64,000 nucleotides of DNA from a virus. The stretch is taken from positions 47,052-111,051 of the IMG/VR virus record IMGVR_UViG_3300021091_000027; one strand, written 5' to 3'. Under the pieces are notes generated by a model that worked only from the letters and a program-made list of their open reading frames with translations, was not told the origin of the DNA and did no database searches. This document shows positions 28,861-37,874 of this stretch, piece by piece; position 1 is the stretch's first letter, and each line of letters opens with the position of its first letter. Made by a program: the position numbers and the translations under genes.

Positions 28861-31725
28861 GTGACAATGCCAGTAGAAATAGTAGATAAAGACATAGAGA
28901 CGTATGGAAACGTCGTTATTAAGGTTGCCAAAGAGCGCAGTCAGAGCGTCGCATATACAGCTACGGACATACTAAATAAAGTATATGAGACAACCAAAAC
29001 TGGAGAAACGGGCATAACCTCACCTATGATTATATTGCCCGGCATCCATCTGGACTCTGTAGGCACCGATAAGTATGCAAACGTAGGTCCAAGTTACAAA
29101 AAAATCATGATGGTTGGATCGTGGCCCAACTCCATAGAGGAAAAAGAGAAAAGGCTTTTTCATGGAGACTGGACGATTGAATTCAAGGATTTGATGTCTA
29201 AAACCGGATTAAATATAAACGACGTGTACCTTACCACCTTTGTTAAGACTCACGTTCACGGTAAGAAGACGACTATTCCAAAAGATCTGATTGAAGACTA
29301 TATGCCAATGTTCAAGAAGGAGTTGGAGCTGGTTAAGCCGGATCTTCTGATCATCCTGGGCGCTAAGGTTCTCAAGGCTCTATTTGGCGCAAAAGCGACA
29401 ATGGAGCAATACAAAAACAGGACACTGACGGCGGAGGAAAGTCCGCTCAGCGTAAAAACCACTGCAATAACCGACTTTTCGGCCGTGCTGCACGTTCCGG
29501 AAATGAGGGGCGGCTTGGAAATGGAACTTACCAGAATCGCTGAAGAACTGAATTCCAACACTACTCAAATCGTGGACGATGTGCACATATCGTACACCTA
29601 CTGCTATAGCTTAGATCATCTGGAGAACAGCCTCAAAACAATTGAATCAGAGTACTCCGGGTGGGTTTCTGTGGATTGCGAGTGGGGAGGCAGAAACCAC
29701 GTTGACGGAGAACTCAGATGTATTCAATTCAGCTGGACTCCCGGCAAGGCCCTTGTTATCGTGTTCAATCATGCTGGCATGACTCCTACCCAACTTGGAT
29801 GCAACAAAGTTGAAGCGTGGAAGCTGATAAAGAAATTTATTGAGAATGGAAGAACCAGGTTAGTGGGCCACTTTATTAGGGCAGACTTGCCCTGGATGGT
29901 ATCCAACGGAGTAGACGTCACCCTATCAGTGTTGTTTGGTTGGGATACAGCTCTTGCCGGCCATCTGCTCAATGAGAATTGGGCACAGGGTTTGGAGGTG
30001 TACACATCTAGGCATACGAAGATGGGCAGATATGAGCTGGCCTTGAATAATTGGATTAAGAATAACAAGTATGATGTTGATGTGCATAGCTACGGAGGCA
30101 TACCTGACGATATTTTGTTCGAGTATGCGGCTAAAGATGCCGATGTCACGTTTAGAATATTTCAGACGCAAAATCATGAGATGAATCTTAAAGAAAATAT
30201 TAAGATCAAATCTTTGTTTGAGACAGTGGTTATGCCGGCAACAATGCCTATTCTTGAGATGGAGATGACTGGTATGGGCGTCGATGTGCAAAGACTGGAA
30301 CTTTTGTCTCAAAAATACTCTGAAAAACGCAGAGAGCTGGTCGACCGTCTGAAGGAAATGTTAAATTGGTCGGACTTTAATCCTGACTCTTCAATTCAAA
30401 AGGCGGCAGCGCTTTTTGGATGGATAAAGCCTGGAGCCAAGACTAATCCCCCTAGCACAGCTACTCTAAAAAGATTTGAGCCTATCAAAGCTACAAACGA
30501 AAAAAAGTGGTCGGATGTTATAAAGAACCCTGAAACAATCGAAAGCTATACACCGTCCACTGAACGTGCTGTAATCCAGGAGTTATTGCTATCTCACAAG
30601 GATGACGAATTCTTAAACACCATGCTGCTGTATACAGCTGTTTCTCAAACAGTTAAAACTTTCTGTGGATCGTTTGTGGTTGCAGAAGATGGATCCCACT
30701 TCATAGAAGGCGGAATTCTTCCAAAGTTATGGTCGGACGGTAGAACCCATACTAAAATTAGACAGACGGTAGAAACTGGACGATATGGACACTCTGATCC
30801 AAATATGGCCCAGCTGCCAAAGACTGCAGAAGATTTAGTAGGACGTGCTTTTAAAGATACTGGAAAGAAAATTCCATCTATAAGATCTTGCTTCCGTGCA
30901 GATCCAGGCTGGGCATTATTGGATTGCGATTGGGTTCAAGCTGAGCTGTTCGTCATGGCTTGGCTTAGCAAAGATGGAAATATGCAACAAAAGTTAAACG
31001 ATCCAGGCTCGGACTTCCACTCTGAAGTTGCTATAGACATGTTTCGTTTGCCAAAGCCACCGGCGGACTATTCAAAGGGACTTAAGGAGTGGCTAAAAGA
31101 ATCAGGTAACGGAAAGTATAGAACCATTGCGAAAACTATTACATTTGGAATTGCGTATGGTCGTGGTGCAGCTGCAATTCGTCAAGCAGTATATATGGAA
31201 GGAATTAATATCACAGTGGAGGAGGCTCAAGACTCTGTTGACAAGTTTAAAGAGACTTTTCCAAACCTTGCATATTGGTTAGAGCTGCAACAGGCTTGCG
31301 TAGGCGATAATACGCAAGGATATGTAGAAAATGGCTTTGGCCGTAAAAGAAGGTTTGACAAAACCAAAGACAAAGAGCTCATATCGCATCAAAAGAGACA
31401 GGCTATGAACGCGCCCATTCAGGGAACTGTTGGCGACTTAATGTCGTTGGCCTTGGTCAATTTGTTCTTAATCAGAAATGAAGAAAGGCCGCATCTCAAA
31501 TATAAGATAATCATGAGCGTTCACGACCAAGTTATAGTAACTTGCCCAGTAAGTCAGGTAGAAGAAACTTTAGAAGTAATAAAAATCGCAATGTGCGATA
31601 GGTGCAGAATTCCAGGAAATGATCTTCTGCTAAATATAGATCCAGAAGTATGCATTCGATGGGGAGAGCCCTTGACAGATGAAGATGTAACACAGTATCC
31701 TGTTTTATCCAAGTACAAAAAGTAA
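28861..31725 (+). CDS. polA: Family A DNA polymerase with an N-terminal UDG-like domain and a 3'-5' exonuclease
   Basis: UDG-like IMMVGSWP...VYLTTFVK...ELELVKPDLLIILG; exonuclease VDCE, WDT, YAAKDAD; TGR, motif A DWVQAEL, motif B RTIAKTITFGIAYG, NAPIQG, motif C VHDQ. Confidence 0.92.
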   Translation: MTMPVEIVDKDIETYGNVVIKVAKERSQSVAYTATDILNKVYETTKTGETGITSPMIILPGIHLDSVGTDKYANVGPSYKKIMMVGSWPNSIEEKEKRLFHGDWTIEFKDLMSKTGLNINDVYLTTFVKTHVHGKKTTIPKDLIEDYMPMFKKELELVKPDLLIILGAKVLKALFGAKATMEQYKNRTLTAEESPLSVKTTAITDFSAVLHVPEMRGGLEMELTRIAEELNSNTTQIVDDVHISYTYCYSLDHLENSLKTIESEYSGWVSVDCEWGGRNHVDGELRCIQFSWTPGKALVIVFNHAGMTPTQLGCNKVEAWKLIKKFIENGRTRLVGHFIRADLPWMVSNGVDVTLSVLFGWDTALAGHLLNENWAQGLEVYTSRHTKMGRYELALNNWIKNNKYDVDVHSYGGIPDDILFEYAAKDADVTFRIFQTQNHEMNLKENIKIKSLFETVVMPATMPILEMEMTGMGVDVQRLELLSQKYSEKRRELVDRLKEMLNWSDFNPDSSIQKAAALFGWIKPGAKTNPPSTATLKRFEPIKATNEKKWSDVIKNPETIESYTPSTERAVIQELLLSHKDDEFLNTMLLYTAVSQTVKTFCGSFVVAEDGSHFIEGGILPKLWSDGRTHTKIRQTVETGRYGHSDPNMAQLPKTAEDLVGRAFKDTGKKIPSIRSCFRADPGWALLDCDWVQAELFVMAWLSKDGNMQQKLNDPGSDFHSEVAIDMFRLPKPPADYSKGLKEWLKESGNGKYRTIAKTITFGIAYGRGAAAIRQAVYMEGINITVEEAQDSVDKFKETFPNLAYWLELQQACVGDNTQGYVENGFGRKRRFDKTKDKELISHQKRQAMNAPIQGTVGDLMSLALVNLFLIRNEERPHLKYKIIMSVHDQVIVTCPVSQVEETLEVIKIAMCDRCRIPGNDLLLNIDPEVCIRWGEPLTDEDVTQYPVLSKYKK

Positions 31726-31774
31726 TAAACAACAACACACAACTCTAACAAACGCAAAAGGAAATACAATTATT

Positions 31775-33223
31775 ATGGCATTTAATTTTAACAAAGCAAT
31801 TTACGAAGACAGCAAAAACAACGTAGTATCCCGCAGTTCAGACTACCAAAAAATATTTAATGATGATGCGCCCTCCATGGGCTACATCTCGAGCAAAGCT
31901 CCATGCGAGTTTATTCTGGTGCCTCCCCATGCAAGCTATGGAGCAAGCGCCGCCATGACTAGCGGTGGATTTCGACAGGATTCTACCAGAGGTGTGGTAC
32001 CTACTCTGGGCCAATACGGCATTGACTGGGTCATGGTCTATCGCAAAGTTGGCAATGATCCGGACTACAAAAAACGTAAGGACATTCTTGCCATCAATAT
32101 GATGGAAGGACCGGACGGGATGACTGTTCAAACCGAGCGTGACTGGGGCAAGGGCTACATGAGTCCGATGTACAAATTACGTGAGTTCCTCTGGCGCACC
32201 GGAGGTGGCCACAAGTACAATAAAGCTCTGCGTCGTTCTGAGCCTACGATCAACGTTGATACCAGCACCGCCAAATACAAGAGGGCCCACGAGTTGGTTC
32301 CGGTTGATGGCAATGACCTTAATTCTCCGCTGAGCAAGGGTGTTCGCACCATGTTTCTGCAAGGATTTATGGTCAATAACGCTGGCATCAATTACACGGT
32401 CGACGAAGAAGGACAGCCCTGCTGGCCGCGTCACAAGATTCTGATGATTAATCAAATTTCTGCAATTAAGTCTCGTGAAGATGCAAGAACCAAAGAAGGT
32501 TTTTATGATGTTTGGTTTGAGCGTGCTGATGGAATTAACATGGATCCAGAGTACATCATTGATCATTTTGGCGATGTTTCTCAGAGTGAGACGGCCCAGA
32601 CAAACTGGGAGGCAGGATTCCGTCACTCAGATTTTGCCGTAAAGCAAAAACTAGTGACATTCTCCTCCTATCCATCTGGTCCTGCAGGTATAGCCACCTA
32701 TACCTGTGCCGTCCAGAATCTTTCGGATCGCTTTGGGGAGCAATATGTGCTGCCTGACGAGGTTCTGAAGAAGGTTCGTCCGTTCAGTGATTATATCTTG
32801 GAGAACAACGAGAAGCTGCAAATTCAATGGCTGCTTGAGCTGTTCCCTGGAGATGAGTGGGCTTTTATCGAAGCTGGCATTATCCAAGACGGTAGCAACA
32901 GTGTGGCAATGGGAGGCTTTTCCGTTCCTACACCAGCACCTACTCCTGTTACGGTAATTTCAACTCCGGTTGTACAGCCTGCTGTACAGCCCCCTGTCGC
33001 ACGAGCTCCTATGTTTACAACTAAGCCGCCATACACTACCCCTGAATCTGTATCATCTGTGACAAAGCCAAAGGCACCGCCTATTCCGGTGGCGCCTGTT
33101 GCTAATTCGGCTCCTACAGTTCCCCCGGTGGCGGCGCCAGTTAATCTGTCGGCTGGAGGTCCAGATTTATCATCACAGATGAAAGCGTTAATGTCCAAAT
33201 TACAAAACAACGTTAATAAGTGA
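31775..33223 (+). CDS. Putative ssDNA-binding/recombination protein
   Basis: 482 aa between polA and recA; Pro/Ala-rich low-complexity tail; function inferred from position only. Confidence 0.35.
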   Translation: MAFNFNKAIYEDSKNNVVSRSSDYQKIFNDDAPSMGYISSKAPCEFILVPPHASYGASAAMTSGGFRQDSTRGVVPTLGQYGIDWVMVYRKVGNDPDYKKRKDILAINMMEGPDGMTVQTERDWGKGYMSPMYKLREFLWRTGGGHKYNKALRRSEPTINVDTSTAKYKRAHELVPVDGNDLNSPLSKGVRTMFLQGFMVNNAGINYTVDEEGQPCWPRHKILMINQISAIKSREDARTKEGFYDVWFERADGINMDPEYIIDHFGDVSQSETAQTNWEAGFRHSDFAVKQKLVTFSSYPSGPAGIATYTCAVQNLSDRFGEQYVLPDEVLKKVRPFSDYILENNEKLQIQWLLELFPGDEWAFIEAGIIQDGSNSVAMGGFSVPTPAPTPVTVISTPVVQPAVQPPVARAPMFTTKPPYTTPESVSSVTKPKAPPIPVAPVANSAPTVPPVAAPVNLSAGGPDLSSQMKALMSKLQNNVNK

Positions 33224-34470
33224 ATACAACAATGTCAAAGAAAAAGAAAGACGAAATCATTAATAACAATTCAGAACTTGATGCTGGAATCAGCGCCCTC
33301 ATGGCTCACGCCATGAGGGCCTCTGGCAATCAGGTTTGTCTCGCATCCGATCTGGCGGACAGAATATGGGGGCTTCCCTGTGATTATTTGTCCTACAGGT
33401 GGCTGGCAGATAATACCTGCTATCAAATGAGTAGAATTATTGGAGTTGCAGGAATGAAAGAATCCTGTAAGTCGGCATTTGCTATGACCTTGGCAAAGCT
33501 ATGGATGGATTTCGGAGGACTTTGCGTTTATGTGGACACTGAAAACAAGAAATCTGCCACTTTGTACAAAGCTGTTGTTGGAGCTGTAAACACTAAAAAG
33601 ACCTTGGAATATCCTGCCTTCTCCACCGAGCAATGGCAAGAGCAAATTCTTGGATCGCTTAGGTTTGCATCAGAAGATCCAGCTATGCATGATAGACCGG
33701 TCATGTTTATTATCGACTCCCTTGGCGGCGTAGATACCAAGGAGACGGATGCCAGAATTGAAAAAGAAGGTGGTATCAATCCTCGCAATACCGGCGGCAT
33801 GATTAAGTGCAAGTCGCATAACGAATTCTTTAGACACGTTAACAAGCATTTATACATGAAGCCATACGCATTGGTGTACATCAACCACCTTTCAGATGAC
33901 CCCAATAGTCCCATTCAAGGTGCTAAGAGAAAGCCTGGCGGCACTGGACAAGACTACCATGCAGTGCTTGATTTGTGGTTTTCTGTCGTAAAGGGAACTC
34001 CAGTGTTCAAGGCTACTCGTGGCTTTACAGAAAAGATTTTGAAGATCACGGTAAACAAGAATTCTATGGGTGCTAGCAAACGTAACATCGAAATTCCTTA
34101 TCGCTGGAAGGGCGACGAAGGAGGGCAAATCAGCGAATGCTGGTTTGACTGGGATGCAGCCACGGCAATGCTGCTTACTGACGACAGTCCAACAGGGGTT
34201 AAAGGCCGCTTAAAGGATATAGTCAACGTAACGGTCAATAGCAATAAGTACAGCTGCAAAGAACTGGGATTGGTCGCCGTGAGTGACTCAGAGATGGGCG
34301 AGGCCATACGTAATAATGTCGAATTGCGAGAAAGACTCTCAGATGCCCTGGGAATAAATAGAATGAAGGTTTGGCCAGGGTTAAAGTTAGAAAATAAATA
34401 TGTATATGAGAAGACGTCATACTCCATAAGCAATCAGCCAATTGAACAAAAGCAAGAGGTTGGAGAATGA
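33220..34470 (+). CDS. RecA/UvsX-like recombinase
   Basis: Walker A-like GMKESCKS, YVDTE, IIDSLG, INHL, PGG and KNSMG motifs. Confidence 0.85.
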   Translation: MNTTMSKKKKDEIINNNSELDAGISALMAHAMRASGNQVCLASDLADRIWGLPCDYLSYRWLADNTCYQMSRIIGVAGMKESCKSAFAMTLAKLWMDFGGLCVYVDTENKKSATLYKAVVGAVNTKKTLEYPAFSTEQWQEQILGSLRFASEDPAMHDRPVMFIIDSLGGVDTKETDARIEKEGGINPRNTGGMIKCKSHNEFFRHVNKHLYMKPYALVYINHLSDDPNSPIQGAKRKPGGTGQDYHAVLDLWFSVVKGTPVFKATRGFTEKILKITVNKNSMGASKRNIEIPYRWKGDEGGQISECWFDWDAATAMLLTDDSPTGVKGRLKDIVNVTVNSNKYSCKELGLVAVSDSEMGEAIRNNVELRERLSDALGINRMKVWPGLKLENKYVYEKTSYSISNQPIEQKQEVGE

Positions 34471-34988
34471 AAGAACGTCAAGAATCAGAGTTTTTTGATA
34501 GCCTTTCAAATTTTTATGAAAAACAAGAGATAAATCGTCAAAGCGCATATGAAAACAAAATTTGCAAAAAGCTGATAGCGAAGCTTTTTGATCAAAGCAG
34601 TCCTGAATTTGACGTTTGGAGGGAGCGGCTAGAGGCGAGCAGTGAGCCTCTAGCCGAGCTCCAGGATCTGTTTGGACAGTTCTGGATAACTACTCACAGG
34701 CTACAGGACTGGAGTATAAATGATTTGCTAAAGTCTCCAACAAAATTAGACCGGCATCCGCTTTGGAAAGAATTTGCCAAAAAGGTTGCTGTATGTCAAA
34801 AGGGGCAAATCGCTGCCATGATATTTTATAATTCAGTAATAGGTCAGGATATGGTTATACATACCGGAATATCTACTCGCATGCCTGATGGCTATTTTAG
34901 ATTAGTACGATCTTCGTCTTCAGGAGATGGAGGGGTTGCTATAGACACTTTAGAAGGGTTTCTGAAGATGATTGCAGGAAATAAATGA
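34467..34988 (+). CDS. Hypothetical protein
   Basis: 173 aa, coupled to the recombinase gene. Confidence 0.6.
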   Translation: MKERQESEFFDSLSNFYEKQEINRQSAYENKICKKLIAKLFDQSSPEFDVWRERLEASSEPLAELQDLFGQFWITTHRLQDWSINDLLKSPTKLDRHPLWKEFAKKVAVCQKGQIAAMIFYNSVIGQDMVIHTGISTRMPDGYFRLVRSSSSGDGGVAIDTLEGFLKMIAGNK

Positions 34989-35356
34989 AATATAAAACAC
35001 TTTTAGAGTATGAAGTTGTAAGTAAACTAAAAGAAGAATTACCAAAAATTTACCAAGGAATGTGGCTTCTAGATTTGGATAAGAGGGCAGAAAAACATTT
35101 GCTCGGACCTTTTGATACCGTAGCCGAGGCCCACGACAACAGGGATTACATCTGGAGCTATGGAGATAGATATGGCAGGTATCTGTGGCTAGTCAATAAA
35201 GTTGCTGCTAATGTACTTAAACACAATGCCGATAAGGTACAACATATAGAGGTGGCTATAGATACACTTCCACTTGAAGTTATTGGATTTAAATTAAAAG
35301 TAAAAGGATTGGATGAATGGGTAAGGGCTCCATGTAAAAGAAGGATAAAGAAATGA
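34985..35356 (+). CDS. Hypothetical protein
   Basis: 123 aa; ATGA overlap. Confidence 0.6.
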   Translation: MKYKTLLEYEVVSKLKEELPKIYQGMWLLDLDKRAEKHLLGPFDTVAEAHDNRDYIWSYGDRYGRYLWLVNKVAANVLKHNADKVQHIEVAIDTLPLEVIGFKLKVKGLDEWVRAPCKRRIKK

Positions 35357-35856
35357 TTAATGATAAGCCTGAAAGAATGCCGTTAAAAGATACCCTAAAA
35401 TTCACCATACAGATAGCGATAACGGATGCCTCTATATTTAATCACTACATACTTAAGGAATATGCTCCTAGATGTCAGGGGCCGTTAGCAATAAGCAAAA
35501 GCCCAGCTAAACACACGTTAGAAAATTGCCTGTATGATGAGATATGTGGCTGGCTAGACGCACCATCTATTACTGGCATATCAATCTTAGACATACAAGC
35601 AAGTTCTTCTGCATTTAAAAATGAAATTTTGAATAATGACCCTAAAATCTACTTTCGTGAAATAGTGGATTTATTGTATGATATATGTAAACTTCAAGTT
35701 TCTGGTAAACAAGAAAGCTCTAATATACTGGTCGACAAAGTTAGATTTGAGCATATAAAGGAAAAGTGTAAAACAATCCTAAAGAATGTTGACAGGGTTG
35801 AATTTAATGGCACAGAACCCGCTAAAATATCAAAACAAATGGGTTCTAGCCTATGA
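35353..35856 (+). CDS. Hypothetical protein
   Basis: 167 aa; ATGA overlap. Confidence 0.6.
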   Translation: MINDKPERMPLKDTLKFTIQIAITDASIFNHYILKEYAPRCQGPLAISKSPAKHTLENCLYDEICGWLDAPSITGISILDIQASSSAFKNEILNNDPKIYFREIVDLLYDICKLQVSGKQESSNILVDKVRFEHIKEKCKTILKNVDRVEFNGTEPAKISKQMGSSL

Positions 35857-36022
35857 GCAAAATGGCTTTCTAGTAGATTACCTTCGACATCCTGAGTTTA
35901 TATTTGAAAACATGGAATTGGCATATGAAAGAAAATCAGATGCCGTTATTTTATTAAATAAGGTGTACCCTAATTTAACTACAGATAAAATATTTGTCGC
36001 ACCATTAAGAGACTTTTTGTAG
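35786..36022 (+). CDS. Hypothetical protein
   Basis: Fills the gap between coupled genes; the start may be ATG 35807. Confidence 0.45.
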   Translation: MLTGLNLMAQNPLKYQNKWVLAYEQNGFLVDYLRHPEFIFENMELAYERKSDAVILLNKVYPNLTTDKIFVAPLRDFL

Positions 36023-36501
36023 TGACAAAATACATCATATACATACCGGACTCAGACTCAATAATGATGGATGGAAAAGAGCCATATGTAGACACTGAAA
36101 AAGAAGTTAAAAGAGTCATAGTGGAAGAAACTGTACATAAAAAGGCAATGTATGAGCCTAAGCCAGTATCGTTTTTGAAGACCTGGGCTAAAAAGCAACA
36201 GGAAAAAGAACAAAAGCAAAAATCAAAACCCTACAAATTTTCTCCAACTTTTACAGAAATAAAGTATATAAAACCTGCAAGGCAAAAAAGATTTTTGCTG
36301 GTGGTTGGTGTAGAAGGGATAAAAAATAGCGGAACGCTAGTAAAAGACTTTGACATCTTAGAAGATGCTGCTAGACTGGCCAATAAGTCAATCAAAGGAT
36401 TAATCAAAGAGTTTCCTCAATTTGGATATTATATCTATGACACAAAACTTGAAACCTATGTCCTCGAAATCTCAGGATCAAATGAATCCGTCGCAAAATA
36501 A
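36022..36501 (+). CDS. Hypothetical protein
   Basis: 159 aa; GTG start coupled to the upstream stop. Confidence 0.55.
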   Translation: MTKYIIYIPDSDSIMMDGKEPYVDTEKEVKRVIVEETVHKKAMYEPKPVSFLKTWAKKQQEKEQKQKSKPYKFSPTFTEIKYIKPARQKRFLLVVGVEGIKNSGTLVKDFDILEDAARLANKSIKGLIKEFPQFGYYIYDTKLETYVLEISGSNESVAK

Positions 36502-36940
36502 AATCTTAGATCTTGGTAAAGGAAATGGCAGAATGGCTGGATCCCCTTTAAAGAACATGCTCAAGGAAAGCGATTTCCACAACTCTGAAGTAAATAAAAA
36601 CGAAACAATTGATAGGCAGTGGCTTTTAAACCTCCACAGGGAGCTAACCGAAGAGGCTAGATCTTTGTCGGAACGTAAAAACCACGATTACAGTGGCGGG
36701 AAAGACTCCACCCACCCCTTCCTAAACTTTACCAGATGCGAATCTATGGGGGTTTGTGCAACAGAGGCTGGTATCATGGTCCGGCTTACCGACAAGATGT
36801 CCCGGCTATCCACGTTCATCACTACGGGGTCTTTTAAAGTTAAAGACGAGGCTCTTAGAGATACTATTCTTGATGTAATTAACTATGTTATTATTTTATA
36901 TGCTTATATTCAAAGCAAAAAAATAATAAAAAATGATTAA
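36422..36940 (+). CDS. Nucleotide-modification-associated domain 1 (DUF1599-like, all-alpha dNTP pyrophosphatase-like)
   Basis: RKNHDYS...NF..E..G...GIMVRLTDKMSRL...DEALRDTILDVINY; the start is probably 36482 or later. Confidence 0.7.
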   Translation: MDIISMTQNLKPMSSKSQDQMNPSQNKILDLGKGNGRMAGSPLKNMLKESDFHNSEVNKNETIDRQWLLNLHRELTEEARSLSERKNHDYSGGKDSTHPFLNFTRCESMGVCATEAGIMVRLTDKMSRLSTFITTGSFKVKDEALRDTILDVINYVIILYAYIQSKKIIKND

Positions 36941-37200
36941 ACGAGACCTTTGGCTTAAGGAGTATGACGATCTTGCGTAATATAACTGTAAAAATAAAGA
37001 CAATAAAACAAATAAACAATAATGTTGACTCAGTGGATCAGCAGCTGAATAATCATATTAAAGTAGTCTCACTTTTAAATTCTAATCAATATTTAAAAAT
37101 TACAACTCAACAACTATTAGAATTTAAAGATGAAGAATTAAATAATATCTGTCGTTAAAACGGCTTAAACACTAATAAGCATTAATACATTTTTAAAAAA

Positions 37201-37803
37201 TTGATAAAAAGATATTTAATCATGAGCGATACTCTAGAGTTTGTGGTCGTCGGTCTCAATTCAATTGGTAGAACCCTGGCAGGACTTTTTTCTGTAAGCA
37301 ACTTAGGTACAGTAACTTTAATTGATGATAAAAAGGTTTCAGCTAAATGCCTAGCTTCTGGCTATTTAGAAATAGATATCGGACAGTACCGCACAGATGC
37401 TACCGCAGATGCTATTAAAGAGATAAACCCCCAGGCAAAGATTAATAAACTTATGAGATTAGACGAGTCAGCAATTCAAACGTTGACTTCAAAGATTAGC
37501 GGTAATACAGTCATGCTGTGTTGCGACTCCATGAGTGATAAGTCCAGGCTACACATATGCACAGAAATGAGAAATGCCTGTCTGGCAATATATTTCTTTG
37601 GATTTGATGAAGATGGCAGCGATTGCAGTATTACTCGTATTGTCCCAGGAAACGATAATTTAGAAAAAACATTAGAAAACATTCCTGCAGGCAAGGAGAG
37701 TCTTGAAAAAGGTAGGTTTGCTGCAGCAAAAGCTTTTGCCTCAACTGTTTTCTTGCAAAAGCTTGAAGATACGAGTTCTAATTTTTCACTAGAGAAGACT
37801 TAA
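37201..37803 (+). CDS. ThiF/MoeB/E1-like Rossmann domain, degenerate
   Basis: VVVGLNSIG...GTVTLIDDKKVS...DIGQYRTDATADAIKEINPQAKI...CCDS...R; the start is probably ATG 37222. Confidence 0.7.
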   Translation: MIKRYLIMSDTLEFVVVGLNSIGRTLAGLFSVSNLGTVTLIDDKKVSAKCLASGYLEIDIGQYRTDATADAIKEINPQAKINKLMRLDESAIQTLTSKISGNTVMLCCDSMSDKSRLHICTEMRNACLAIYFFGFDEDGSDCSITRIVPGNDNLEKTLENIPAGKESLEKGRFAAAKAFASTVFLQKLEDTSSNFSLEKT

Positions 37804-37874
37804 AATGCAGCATGAATTAGAGAGTAGGATAGAGATGACTCTACTTTTTTCTCTAAATTAGGTAAAATAGTTTT

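Noticed and set aside
33220-34470. Non-canonical RecA Walker A (GMKESCKS) as a sign of inactivity
   Set aside because: Phage UvsX-type recombinases tolerate substitution at this Gly, and the Lys-Ser pair is intact
36964-37158. 64-aa Asn/Ile/Lys-rich ORF
   Set aside because: It has an AAGGAG RBS, but it is very AT-rich with no recognisable motif, so it is not supported well enough to call
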